A DNA stretch of 64,000 nucleotides, taken from positions 1 to 64,000 of IMG/VR virus record IMGVR_UViG_3300036781_000821; one strand, 5' to 3'. The position numbers and the translations under genes were made by a program. Below the pieces are notes generated by a model. That model was not told the origin of the DNA. It searched no databases and saw nothing but the letters and a program-made list of their open reading frames with translations. Position 1 is the stretch's first letter, and the number at the start of each line of letters is the position of its first letter. Below are positions 41,205 to 50,409 of the stretch, piece after piece. The stretch comes from a virus.

Positions 41205-41587
41205 TACTTCGCGTCTACCTTGGTTTTGTTCTCGTCGATCTGCTGATGGAGCTGGAGTTCAACTTTGTCGCGGGCCACCATGTACGCCGTGGACGCCAGG
41301 CACATCGGCGCGGTGAGAACCACCGTTGTCTTGGTTGGGCCGTCCTTGGTCTCGTTAATCGCCACAGCACGAAAAGCCTGAGCATCCGCGACTGACGGGA
41401 AGACAATCCACGATCCAGCGGGGAGTTGCATCCGGTAGGCGTTTCCATCAACTGTTTGGCTTACCGTCGGGAGTCCAGCCGTGTGAAATCCGCAGCTCAC
41501 TGAGAATATGCTCAGCGCGGACATAATCACCGCGAGCCTCAGCAGCGGCCAACTGCGCCCGGAGGTTTGAGTAGCGGGTTTGCTCAT
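41204..41587 (-). CDS. Lipoprotein, o-spanin-like, overlapping upstream gene
   Basis: LLRLAVIMSALSIFSVSC lipobox-like; starts inside 41448-41699 in another frame. Confidence 0.5.
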   Translation of the reverse strand: MSKPATQTSGRSWPLLRLAVIMSALSIFSVSCGFHTAGLPTVSQTVDGNAYRMQLPAGSWIVFPSVADAQAFRAVAINETKDGPTKTTVVLTAPMCLASTAYMVARDKVELQLHQQIDENKTKVDAK

Positions 41588-41699
41588 CCTGCAATTGCTC
41601 CTGCGTGGTTGGCGCTGCTTTGCGGCGATACCAGAACCACCATGCCGAGAACAAAGTCCCCGCAATTCCGAGTGCGCCAGAAATAAGTGATAGTGACAT
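41448..41699 (-). CDS. i-spanin-like TM + coiled-coil protein
   Basis: N-terminal TM then helical coiled coil. Confidence 0.45.
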   Translation of the reverse strand: MSLSLISGALGIAGTLFSAWWFWYRRKAAPTTQEQLQDEQTRYSNLRAQLAAAEARGDYVRAEHILSELRISHGWTPDGKPNS

Positions 41700-41915
41700 T
41701 CACGGACCCTTTGCTCCCGCTTTTTCGTCGCTTACCTTGTTGTCACGGGCGTGGAATGCGACCCAACCCAAGCTGAAGGCGGTACTGATAACACCCCAAT
41801 CGGTTACTGTCGGCAATGTCCCATGATCGAGGAAGTTCTTGGCCGCATTGCAGACAAGGCCAATGCCGCTGCCAAAGGACAGCACACCGCCGAGGGTTGT
41901 CCGCCACGACCTCAT
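41700..41915 (-). CDS. Putative holin
   Basis: MRSWRTTLGG..ARDN.VS two-TM pattern common in phage holins. Confidence 0.65.
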   Translation of the reverse strand: MRSWRTTLGGVLSFGSGIGLVCNAAKNFLDHGTLPTVTDWGVISTAFSLGWVAFHARDNKVSDEKAGAKGP

Positions 41916-42391
41916 TGCGGCCCCTGGGTTACGGTTGAATACGCGGAGGCCGCTTGCTCGCAGCCTTGGGCCAGTGCGCTCAGCACTTCGATGGCATACT
42001 TCGGATTGCCCACAATCTGCGGGTAGTAGGCGCTGTAAATCTCCGCGATTGTCCCGGAGAATTGCGCGTAGATCCCGACGTTGCCAGTCCAGTGGAATGA
42101 GGCAACGGCTTCCGCCACTTGCTCGGGTGTGGGGACCTTGCCGTCCGTCAGCGAATAAACGCCACTGGCTGCGGAATAGATTTGATTCGCGAGCAGCGTC
42201 CGCTCCGCAGCGTCATTAACGCCGAACTGGAGGAACACGCCCGTGGCAATATGGGCGCCAGTGGTGATCGTGCCCAAGTATGGCGCAACCGGGTCCGCCG
42301 ATGCGGGAACCGCGGGAGCCGTTGGAACCGTCGATTTACAGCCGATCAGCGCGACGCAGATCAGCACCAGCAGTATGTTGAACCATTTCAT
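41912..42391 (-). CDS. Lipoprotein
   Basis: MKWFNILLVLICVALIG|C lipobox. Confidence 0.7.
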   Translation of the reverse strand: MKWFNILLVLICVALIGCKSTVPTAPAVPASADPVAPYLGTITTGAHIATGVFLQFGVNDAAERTLLANQIYSAASGVYSLTDGKVPTPEQVAEAVASFHWTGNVGIYAQFSGTIAEIYSAYYPQIVGNPKYAIEVLSALAQGCEQAASAYSTVTQGPQ

Positions 42392-42507
42392 TCCTGTCCT
42401 TCTGTTAACTTTCAATTCGAGTGTGGCCGGCCAAGGATGTTTGGATAACGTCGCGCTTGGCGAAGTCGTCCAAACCATCCTTATGGCCGTTGTGCACAAA
42501 TCTTTTC

Positions 42508-43230
42508 CTATCGCAGCGTTGTCTGGAAATATTTCACCGACTGGTAATCGACCTGCACAGTCCGCGCGGTCGTTCCCGCAGTCTTCAAGATGCTGACACC
42601 CGCGCCCACCGCCGCAGTCGGGATGTTGGTCTTGTGCGTGGCGACCAGCACGTCGTTGACGTAGAAGTTGACTTCCTTGGCCTTCTCATCCACGCGAATC
42701 GCCAGCTTCTGGAATGTGCCCGCGACTGGATCATAGGCGCTGCCCAATGTCGTGGTCGTGGCCGTGCCCGCATTGTCCGTCCGGCAGATCAAGTGCGTAC
42801 TCGCGTTCGTGTACTTGAAGCAGATGTCGTTGTTGTTATCGCCGCTGGTCCCCGCCAGGAATCCCTCGCGGATACCGGCGGAATCAGTTCCATCCGGCAG
42901 TGTCGGAATATTAACGGCCGTCTCGTAGAGCAGCACGCCGGATCCCGGAGTCGTGAAGCTCACCGAGTTGGAATCGCCCGTGCCACGGTAGGAATAGCCG
43001 GAGGTGGTCGTACCCGTCGAGAGCTGGACAATGCCGGGGCGCAGCGCGGTGCCTGCAACCTGCGACTGTGCAGCGCCCGTTCCGCTGTTGACCACGTTAA
43101 ACCCGTGAATCGCAGCGGGCGTGGTGCATTCGTCGAATAGTTGGACAGGCGGATAGAGCTGTGCGCTCGCGCTGACGATTGATACGAAGGCGAGCAGGAC
43201 TACTGCCAGCCAGTGATTTACTTTCTTCAT
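42508..43230 (-). CDS. Secreted beta-sandwich (lectin/concanavalin-like) protein
   Basis: MKKVNHWLAVVLLAFVSIVSASA|Q signal; PGIVQLSTGTT, VNFYVNDVLVATHKTNIPT. Confidence 0.65.
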   Translation of the reverse strand: MKKVNHWLAVVLLAFVSIVSASAQLYPPVQLFDECTTPAAIHGFNVVNSGTGAAQSQVAGTALRPGIVQLSTGTTTSGYSYRGTGDSNSVSFTTPGSGVLLYETAVNIPTLPDGTDSAGIREGFLAGTSGDNNNDICFKYTNASTHLICRTDNAGTATTTTLGSAYDPVAGTFQKLAIRVDEKAKEVNFYVNDVLVATHKTNIPTAAVGAGVSILKTAGTTARTVQVDYQSVKYFQTTLR

Positions 43231-43261
43231 CTCTGTTGTTTCCTTGGTTGGTTGTTGTTTG

Positions 43262-44683
43262 TCAGTAGGCGACGCCGCCCACTTCGCAAACGTCGCGACT
43301 GGATTCCGTCTCCTCGTAGATTTCACTTAACGGCTTGAAAATTTGCTCCGATCCCTTCACCCAACTCGTGACCGGGGATTCGCCGGCCCACCAGACGCCG
43401 GCGACGGCATCGGCGCGGTCGGGCGAGGACACGCCGCGATCATGCAGGTCTCGCTTGCTTTCCAGGCGCAACTTGCCAGTAGCTTCGTTCAGCACACCGT
43501 AGCGGTCGGTTAGCTGCGCGCGCAGGATGCCATCGGGATCTGGAGGAAGCCCGACTTCCATGCGCTCGATGGCGCGGCCGAGGCCGTACCACTGTTGAGC
43601 GGCGACGTTGTCGTAGGCTTCGTCATTCACCTTGGCATTGGCGTTGACCCGGTTGAGCGCCCAGCCAGCCTTGTCGAAAGCGTCGCAGATGGGAATGTCG
43701 ATACCATCCGCACCAGCCCAGACTTCTGAGGGCTTGAGCTTGTATTCCTTGAAAAGCTGAATGAAGCGCGCGACTGCCGCCATGCTGTCCTTCTCGCGCC
43801 AGCAGATCAGGGCCTTGATGTAATTTCCTTCGCGGTAGCAGAAAACATTTTCATCGCCGCCGAGCGCGAAATCGAGGTAGGCCGCGCGGTCATGGCGGTT
43901 GATGCGGATCACGCCGCCGTTTGTCCCTCCGCTGTACGCGCGAGCCAGGTACTGAATCTTGACGGGCTTGGCGGCCGCCATCAGGTCGTCGTCACCCATG
44001 AACTCCGCGTAAAGCGCCGAGCGCGTGAGCGGATGATTCTCACCGTACTTTGCGAAGAACTTTTTCTTGTCCTCCTCGCCCATGTGCGGACAGTCGTCGA
44101 TGGTGATGGTGATATTGGTAAAGCCCAGTGTCGGATTGTTGAACGAGTCGTAGAAATCTCCCATCATCATGCCCGTGGAGCTGAGCAAGATCAGGCGCTG
44201 GTATTTGCAGCGATCCATCGCCGTGAAGATTGGCTTGGGAATGCTCTTGGCTTCGTCACCCCAGATCCACAGCGACTCTTGAAGATTGCCGTGGTTTCCC
44301 TCGAAGCGACCGGCTTCCTTCGTCGATATGAAACGCGCCCAGGAACCGTTAGGCGCCGTGATCTCATCGTTGGTCATTTTCCAGCGAGGCAAGCGTTCCT
44401 TGTGATTGAAAATGTTCGGCTGGACCTGCGTTTCGAGCTGGGTCCAGGACGCGGATGTGATGATGTGACGCGAGCGCGGGAATTTCGACATCGCCCACAA
44501 CAGACCGGGCGCGAGAATGTTGCTGGTCTTGCCACCGCCATTGTTAGCCTTCACGGAGAGGCGGTCAGTTTCTGTCAACGCATCGAGAGCGGCGATCTGC
44601 TTCGGCGTGGGTGTAAGCCCCAGCTCCTTCTCCGCGAAAACAACGGGGTGCAGCTCGATGTGCTCTTTGAGGAAGCTGTTCAT
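43262..44683 (-). CDS. terL: Terminase large subunit
   Basis: PTPKQ, ANNGGGKT, WIWGDEAK, LDFALGGDENV, SPDRADA nuclease motif. Confidence 0.92.
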   Translation of the reverse strand: MNSFLKEHIELHPVVFAEKELGLTPTPKQIAALDALTETDRLSVKANNGGGKTSNILAPGLLWAMSKFPRSRHIITSASWTQLETQVQPNIFNHKERLPRWKMTNDEITAPNGSWARFISTKEAGRFEGNHGNLQESLWIWGDEAKSIPKPIFTAMDRCKYQRLILLSSTGMMMGDFYDSFNNPTLGFTNITITIDDCPHMGEEDKKKFFAKYGENHPLTRSALYAEFMGDDDLMAAAKPVKIQYLARAYSGGTNGGVIRINRHDRAAYLDFALGGDENVFCYREGNYIKALICWREKDSMAAVARFIQLFKEYKLKPSEVWAGADGIDIPICDAFDKAGWALNRVNANAKVNDEAYDNVAAQQWYGLGRAIERMEVGLPPDPDGILRAQLTDRYGVLNEATGKLRLESKRDLHDRGVSSPDRADAVAGVWWAGESPVTSWVKGSEQIFKPLSEIYEETESSRDVCEVGGVAY

Positions 44684-44765
44684 TTCTTGCCCCCGTATCG
44701 AATCCAGTCCGCAATCGGCCGGACGATGGTGTTCCCGAACCAGATGATTGCGCGATCGAAGATGT

Positions 44766-45152
44766 TCATTGCCGCGCTGCCAATCTCCGGGCTTCCTCGA
44801 TCCGCGTGAAATAATCGTTCTTCTCGGCGGGCGTGACGACCACTGTGGTGACAGAAATGTTCGGTGTCAGGCCTTTCCACTCAGGCAGCACGGCCGCAGC
44901 GAATCCCATCAGGAACTTGTCCGAGACGTTTGGATCCTTCAATCGCGCGGTAACAATCTCGCGCAGTTGTTCCTCGTACCGCTCCTCGCATTCCTTAACC
45001 TCCTGGGCGAACTCAGTGCAGTTTTCGATCCTGCTTTTGAGCGTCGACGGCGAAACGCCAGCCAAGTCGCAGGCTTCGAGTTTATTCCTCGATTGGGCGT
45101 AGTAATGGAGGAAATCAGCCTCCCATTGTTCAGAAAACTCGCCGTGTGGCAC
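44766..45152 (-). CDS. terS: Terminase small subunit
   Basis: ACDLAGVSPSTL HTH, EFAQEV, SDKFLMG; upstream of terL. Confidence 0.7.
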   Translation of the reverse strand: MPHGEFSEQWEADFLHYYAQSRNKLEACDLAGVSPSTLKSRIENCTEFAQEVKECEERYEEQLREIVTARLKDPNVSDKFLMGFAAAVLPEWKGLTPNISVTTVVVTPAEKNDYFTRIEEARRLAARQ

Positions 45153-45222
45153 GCTGAGAGCAATAACGCACGTCCTAGCGAAGCATCAACCGGAATCAAG
45201 TCGACGGTTTTGGACGAACTGC

Positions 45223-45429
45223 TTAACGTCTCTTACGATTCACGCGCTTTCGCGGTCGAATGCGGAAGTGTGGACGAGCGGCCAGCCATGCGCGCGCTTC
45301 GTCTTCAGTGGCCTTGCGGTCGGGCATGGGAAAGCCCTGGTGACGCATGGACAGGATGAAATCGCGGCTCTTTGGTTTCTTGCCGCCGAGCGCAAACGCC
45401 AGCTCTTTGATCGAGAGGCGCTCACTCAT
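45223..45429 (-). CDS. Small HTH DNA-binding protein
   Basis: LSIKELAFAL..GFPMP..EARAWL. Confidence 0.5.
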   Translation of the reverse strand: MSERLSIKELAFALGGKKPKSRDFILSMRHQGFPMPDRKATEDEARAWLAARPHFRIRPRKRVNRKRR

Positions 45430-45626
45430 TCGTTCGAGTGCGCCAGAATTTTATCGGCTGACCATTGGGCTCAGGGAGCGGCGTCGACTGAAAGATGCTG
45501 TACGATGCGTACCGCAACAATTCGCGCTGGAGAAACGCGCACATCGCAGTTCGTGGCTGTTGATCTCTGCCCCAGAAATGTAAGCGAGATACAACCCGCC
45601 AGATTCGCCACCATAACCACCATGCG

Positions 45627-45947
45627 TTAGCTCGCACGCTCGCAACCTCGGGCATGAAGCCCTCGGTAGGCGAGTTTTGCAAATCCGTCAAGAAGATTTG
45701 TGCGTTTGTCGCCACAGGCTTCCCGCACGTCGGTGCTCACATTGAACTCGGCGTTCCAATAGTCGAGCGGGACGAACAAAAAGTCCTCGTAACGCCAAGG
45801 TTCACCGAACTCAACAAGGACATATCCGTGAAGGCCCGGAATGAAGGGGCGTTCAACGATGCACTCTACAGTGTAAATCTGGTGAAGCTGAGGCACTGGT
45901 CCAGGCCAAAGCGGTTGCTGACCACGATAAATATAGACCACTTTCAC
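45627..45947 (-). CDS. Hypothetical phage protein
   Basis: Coupled ORF after replication gene. Confidence 0.45.
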   Translation of the reverse strand: MKVVYIYRGQQPLWPGPVPQLHQIYTVECIVERPFIPGLHGYVLVEFGEPWRYEDFLFVPLDYWNAEFNVSTDVREACGDKRTNLLDGFAKLAYRGLHARGCERAS

Positions 45948-46876
45948 GCTGCCCTCGCTTTCTCCACTGAACTCACCAACTTCACGATCCGATTTCGCAG
46001 CGTGATGTCCGTCATACCACCTCGATTCGCCACGTCATCGCAATACTGGATCATTCCCTGTTCATCGCGAGAGAGGCCGGCAACTTGAGCCCTCACAGCG
46101 TCTTCACCCTCAGCCAACAGCTTTTCCACGATGCCGTAGAGCCGTTTCCACTGCGCTTGTTCTCTCTTCGTGGTTTCAGTACGCGCCGCATCCGCACGTT
46201 CCTTCGCCTTGGCTTTCGCCGCAGGTTGCGGATCTGGCGCGCCCAGGTTGCCTAGCCAGCTCAGCAAGAACGTTCGCGTCATGGGCTTGCCCGGATACTT
46301 GATCTTGGATTTGTTCTCCGCGAGCTGTGCCTCGCGCTCAACTTCCAAATGGCGATAGGCCGGGCTTGCCTTCAGCTCCTTCAGGTATTCGGGAGTGACT
46401 TGATCGAAGCCGACGCGCGGCGCAGCCGGTTCCTCTCTTCTTCCATTCCGTTCCATTCCATTCCCTTCCATAGGCACTTCGCCGCAGCGTGGTGCGGTTT
46501 CGCCGCATGAAGGTGCGAGATTGTCGGAAGCTGCTGCCTCCGTGTCGAATAGCTCCAGCCAACCGATCTTAAGAAGCCGCGGAATTGCCTCCTCAAAGAC
46601 CGCTTCAGAGCCATGCGTCATGCGCGCTAAAGACCCCGCATCATGGGCCACCGCACCCTCCCGCAGGAGAGTGCCGCGCATGTCGCACTTGCTTGCGACC
46701 TCCACAATCAGCGCCCAAGCGCCGAAGTGGGACATCCCATTCGCGTGGTGCAGTAATTCAGTGAAGCCGTCGCCATCGTGCTTATTGGGCATCGGAACCC
46801 ATTCCATGCGTTTCAACTCACGTGTGCGGTTGTTCTCGAAGAGATTGGCCCACTCTCTGACGCGAAGGACTTTCAT
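45944..46876 (-). CDS. Phage replication initiator-like protein
   Basis: LRVREW..FENNRTR, wHTH LLKIGWLE, EGNGMERNG linker with GGAAT repeats (46441-46470). Confidence 0.65.
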   Translation of the reverse strand: MKVLRVREWANLFENNRTRELKRMEWVPMPNKHDGDGFTELLHHANGMSHFGAWALIVEVASKCDMRGTLLREGAVAHDAGSLARMTHGSEAVFEEAIPRLLKIGWLELFDTEAAASDNLAPSCGETAPRCGEVPMEGNGMERNGRREEPAAPRVGFDQVTPEYLKELKASPAYRHLEVEREAQLAENKSKIKYPGKPMTRTFLLSWLGNLGAPDPQPAAKAKAKERADAARTETTKREQAQWKRLYGIVEKLLAEGEDAVRAQVAGLSRDEQGMIQYCDDVANRGGMTDITLRNRIVKLVSSVEKARAA

Positions 46877-47253
46877 AACCGCGCTGCTTTTCTCCGGTTG
46901 CACGAACCGCATAACGGTTGAAGATTGCGTTCTTCGTCGGTTCCACCTTTCGATACCGGCATAATATGATCAACTTGAAGATCCATCGAAGTGCTGCAAT
47001 GAAGGCATCGGCCCGCTGCCAGCACCCGACGCCGAACGTCAGGGGATAACTTACCTCGCTTGAAACGCGGCGCAACTGGCCCGAATCGGACAGCCCCAAT
47101 GAATGCAAGACCTTTAAATGGCTCACGAACTCCAAACAGGCATGATTCGCAAAGACGACGAAACAACGCACCTTCCTGCTCCAGACTCATCATCTGGACG
47201 TTCGCATCAGCCAGGTAGTCCCCGGCATAGAACTGGAAGGCGGGGGATTTCAT
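46873..47253 (-). CDS. DUF1376/YdaU-like N-terminus fused to HNH endonuclease
   Basis: PAFQFYAGDYLAD..MSLEQEGA; CLHC..VDHIMPVSKGGT..NLQPLCGSCNRRK. Confidence 0.75.
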   Translation of the reverse strand: MKSPAFQFYAGDYLADANVQMMSLEQEGALFRRLCESCLFGVREPFKGLAFIGAVRFGPVAPRFKRGKLSPDVRRRVLAAGRCLHCSTSMDLQVDHIMPVSKGGTDEERNLQPLCGSCNRRKAARL

Positions 47254-47831
47254 GCGCCGCGCTCCAATCGCCGCAGACGCGCTATTTCCGCTGCCAACTT
47301 CTCGCCGATGTCGTGAACCTGATCCTCGATGGCGATGTTCTCGCCAAAATAAACTTGATGCCGCAGCCGGCGAACCCGTTCGCTGGTAAAACAGCCGGAC
47401 ATCAGCAGCGCTTGAATATTGATCTGATCCCAGGCATCGGCCACGCGCACACGCGGTGCCTTCGCCACGGACCAGCCGTTGTCCCCGCGAACGATCAAAC
47501 CCGCTTCATCCGGTAGTTCCTTTTTCGAGACCAGTCCGGGCAAACACGCGAAATAGAATCGGGCGCAGAAAGGCAGATACTTTTTCCATTTGTTGGTCGA
47601 GACATCCTTCAGGTAGTCGTTGCGCGACACCTTCACGTCGTAAATCGCGGGATTGAACCGCGTGTACGATCGTTCAAGCGTCAACACATCGGGAATGGGA
47701 ATGCGGCCACCGCTCAACCAGATGGAATCAATTCTTGGCTCCGCAAACACAATGCGCATGCCGTAGAAGAACTTTGCCAGATCCTCTACGACCGCGCCGT
47801 GCGGCGTTTCCCCCAGTGGACGCCGACGCAT
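47250..47831 (-). CDS. MmcB-like PD-(D/E)XK nuclease
   Basis: PDVL..YDVKVSRNDYLKD..KW..Y..FYFA..ELPDEAGLI. Confidence 0.7.
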   Translation of the reverse strand: MRRRPLGETPHGAVVEDLAKFFYGMRIVFAEPRIDSIWLSGGRIPIPDVLTLERSYTRFNPAIYDVKVSRNDYLKDVSTNKWKKYLPFCARFYFACLPGLVSKKELPDEAGLIVRGDNGWSVAKAPRVRVADAWDQINIQALLMSGCFTSERVRRLRHQVYFGENIAIEDQVHDIGEKLAAEIARLRRLERGA

Positions 47832-47834
47832 AGA

Positions 47835-48626
47835 CTACGATGCTTCCGCCAGCCGCTTCATATCGTCCAACGCCTCTTTGTTGGAGCAATAGAAGTTTGG
47901 GATTTTCTCAATCTTCGGATCGCTCTTGAGGTAGATCAACGCAGCAGCAGCCGGAGTTCCCATGCAAAACTCCATCGCCCGACCCGCATCACCAGCAAGA
48001 TGAACAACCCATCCCGCCTGGCAATGCGTCGTGTCGCAGGAGTGCCAGTTGTTCATGTCCAGCGCGTCGGGTTTGCACGCGGCCTCATATACCGCTTTGT
48101 GAATGTCTTTAATGAACGGCACGCCATTGAGGTCGGCACCGCTCAGGACGGCATCGCGCAGGTCGGCACCGCGCAGGACGGCATCGCGCAGGACGGCACC
48201 GCTCAGGACGGCATCGCGCAGGTCGGCACCGCGCAGGACGGCATCGCGCAGGTCGGCACCGCGCAGGTCGGCACCGCGCAGGACGGCATCGCGCAGGACG
48301 GCATCGCGCAGGTCGGCACCGCGCAGGTCGGCACCGCGCAGGACGGCATCGCGCAGGACGGCATCGCTCAGGACGGCACCGCGCAGGTCGGCATCGCTCA
48401 GGACGGCATCGCGCAGGACGGCATCGCGCAGGTCGGCACCGCGCAGGTCGGCACCGCGCAGGACGGCATCGCGCAGGTCGGCACCGCGCAGGACGGCATC
48501 GCGCAGGACGGCACCGCTCAGGACGGCATCGCTCTTAACAGCAGCTTCCAACGCCAGTTTCCAACTATCCGTTTCAATGGAGAAAAGCACGCTCCCCGTC
48601 CAACGACTCTTGATTTCAAACTTCAT
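47835..48626 (-). CDS. Pentapeptide repeat protein
   Basis: A(D/V)L(R/S)(G/D) repeats from 15-bp tandem DNA repeats ~48130-48533; C-terminal CDTTHC.AGW. Confidence 0.92.
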   Translation of the reverse strand: MKFEIKSRWTGSVLFSIETDSWKLALEAAVKSDAVLSGAVLRDAVLRGADLRDAVLRGADLRGADLRDAVLRDAVLSDADLRGAVLSDAVLRDAVLRGADLRGADLRDAVLRDAVLRGADLRGADLRDAVLRGADLRDAVLSGAVLRDAVLRGADLRDAVLSGADLNGVPFIKDIHKAVYEAACKPDALDMNNWHSCDTTHCQAGWVVHLAGDAGRAMEFCMGTPAAAALIYLKSDPKIEKIPNFYCSNKEALDDMKRLAEAS

Positions 48627-49247
48627 TTTTTCCTTGGGTTTGTGACCCTCGAAGCCAAGGCACAGGCGAACGCTCGATGACTGATGATTGTGAAGGCAGC
48701 AGAAGAAAGAACGCTGCCCATGCCTTGGCCGCGAGAGTCTGGATTAACTGCCTTCACGAGGCCGACCATAAAGGCCAGCGTGAGCGTGTCAACACAATTT
48801 TTCGGATTCGGCATCCATTCGAAACCCGAACAGGAGCAGATTCTGTAGTCGCTGTGGTGAGAGCGTAGCCATCTTGAACGGCGGCTCCAGTTGGGTCTCA
48901 GCGCAGGGATCTTCGTTCCAGCTCAGAACCCCAGCCGCGAAATCGTTCCAACGCCTCATCCAGTCCAGCCGCGCTTGGAGCATGGAGGGGAGATGTGGGT
49001 GTTTTAGTCGCCGAAGATTCTTGTTGCGCATTTGTAGCGGGGTTGGCGACGACGGGACCGGAATAGGTAGAAGAGAATGGCGAACGGGCCGAACATGATC
49101 ACGTGCCCGAGCCTGACCAGGCGACCGAAATGGTCAAGAACAAAAGTGCGTTAGAATGTATGGTTTGACAAGCAACTCAGGCTAACCCGGCGCAAGGTTT
49201 TCGATGGCGCTGACGATTGATGGAAAGGCTCGTTTCGCACCTATCGA

Positions 49248-50399
49248 ATGGCGACTGTCACAAATCCGCTGCCCTCCGGCTTCCAGCCGCCGCCCGCTGT
49301 TCTCGCGCCGAATTGGGCGGGAAGCGCGTTAAAGGCCGAAAGCACGTTCCACCAGCTCTCGCCATACATCGGAAAACTCAAGTCCTCCATCGCCGGATCG
49401 TTGATTGAACAGTTCACGCAACCGTCAGATGTGGTATACGATCCGTTCTCGGGAAGTGGCACGGTTGCGCTCGAAGCGTGGATTGCCGGCCGCCACATCA
49501 TCGCCAACGATCTAAGCCCATACGCGGCGATCCTCACGCGCGCAAAACTTTTTCCCTACGATTCGCTTGAAGACGCGCTCGACGACATGGAGGATCTTGA
49601 GGACTTCGCCGCAGCCGTGGCCGATAGCCTCGACCTTCGCACCGTTCCCCGATGGGTGCGCGAGTTTTTCCATACCCGAACCCTTCGCGAAACTCTCGGG
49701 TGGACTTACGTACTCAGGCAACGGCGCCGCTGGTTTCTGTTGGCATCCCTCATGGGCATCTTGCACCACCAGAGACCGGGCTTTCTATCATTCCCGAGCA
49801 GCCACACCGTGCCCTATTTGCGGAAGAAGGCTTTCCCGCCCGCGAAGTTTCCCGATCTCTACGAATACCGCTCGCTGGCAGACCGCTTCGAGGCCAAGAT
49901 TGAACGTGCCTTTTCCCGTGTTCCCGATCTGGACAGCGGAATTAACCGCGCATGCTTCCAGACATCGGCGCATCTCCTTACGCCCGCGCAGAAGGTGGAT
50001 GCCATTATCACGAGCCCGCCGTACATGCGGCAGCTCGATTACGGCCGCGACAACCGCCTCCGACTTTGGTTCCTGGGTGTTCCCGACTCCCGCGCGCTCG
50101 ATCACGAGATTTCGCCGCGCAAGGACGCTTTCCTGAAGCTCATGGCGCGTTGCTTCAAGAAGTGGAAGTCGATCTTGAAGCCCGATCGCTATTGCATCCT
50201 CGTCGTGGGCGACGGCAGCAGCGAGTTAAAAGATGCCAATCTTCCCGTACTCATCTCCCAGATCGCGCAGAAGGAAGGGTTCGTCCACGTCCTCGACCAC
50301 ACTGAAGCCATACCGAACGAGCGCCGGGTCCGCCGCGGACTGACGGGCAGCACGTCGGAAACAATCGTCATCCTTCGCAACGCATCGCGCAGTACATAG
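49248..50399 (+). CDS. Amino (N4-C/N6-A) DNA methyltransferase
   Basis: HQLSPYIGKL, VYDPFSGSGTVALEA motif I, IITSPPY motif IV. Confidence 0.88.
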   Translation: MATVTNPLPSGFQPPPAVLAPNWAGSALKAESTFHQLSPYIGKLKSSIAGSLIEQFTQPSDVVYDPFSGSGTVALEAWIAGRHIIANDLSPYAAILTRAKLFPYDSLEDALDDMEDLEDFAAAVADSLDLRTVPRWVREFFHTRTLRETLGWTYVLRQRRRWFLLASLMGILHHQRPGFLSFPSSHTVPYLRKKAFPPAKFPDLYEYRSLADRFEAKIERAFSRVPDLDSGINRACFQTSAHLLTPAQKVDAIITSPPYMRQLDYGRDNRLRLWFLGVPDSRALDHEISPRKDAFLKLMARCFKKWKSILKPDRYCILVVGDGSSELKDANLPVLISQIAQKEGFVHVLDHTEAIPNERRVRRGLTGSTSETIVILRNASRST

Positions 50400-50409
50400 G
50401 AGCGACACA

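Noticed and set aside
35561-44809. Long plus-strand ORFs (35561-36913, 40056-41246, 43892-44809)
   Set aside because: GC-rich antisense shadows of clear minus-strand phage genes.
47799-48680. Plus-strand repetitive ORFs (GTAQDGIAQ; RRSAPRRTAS)
   Set aside because: Antisense shadows of the pentapeptide repeat gene.
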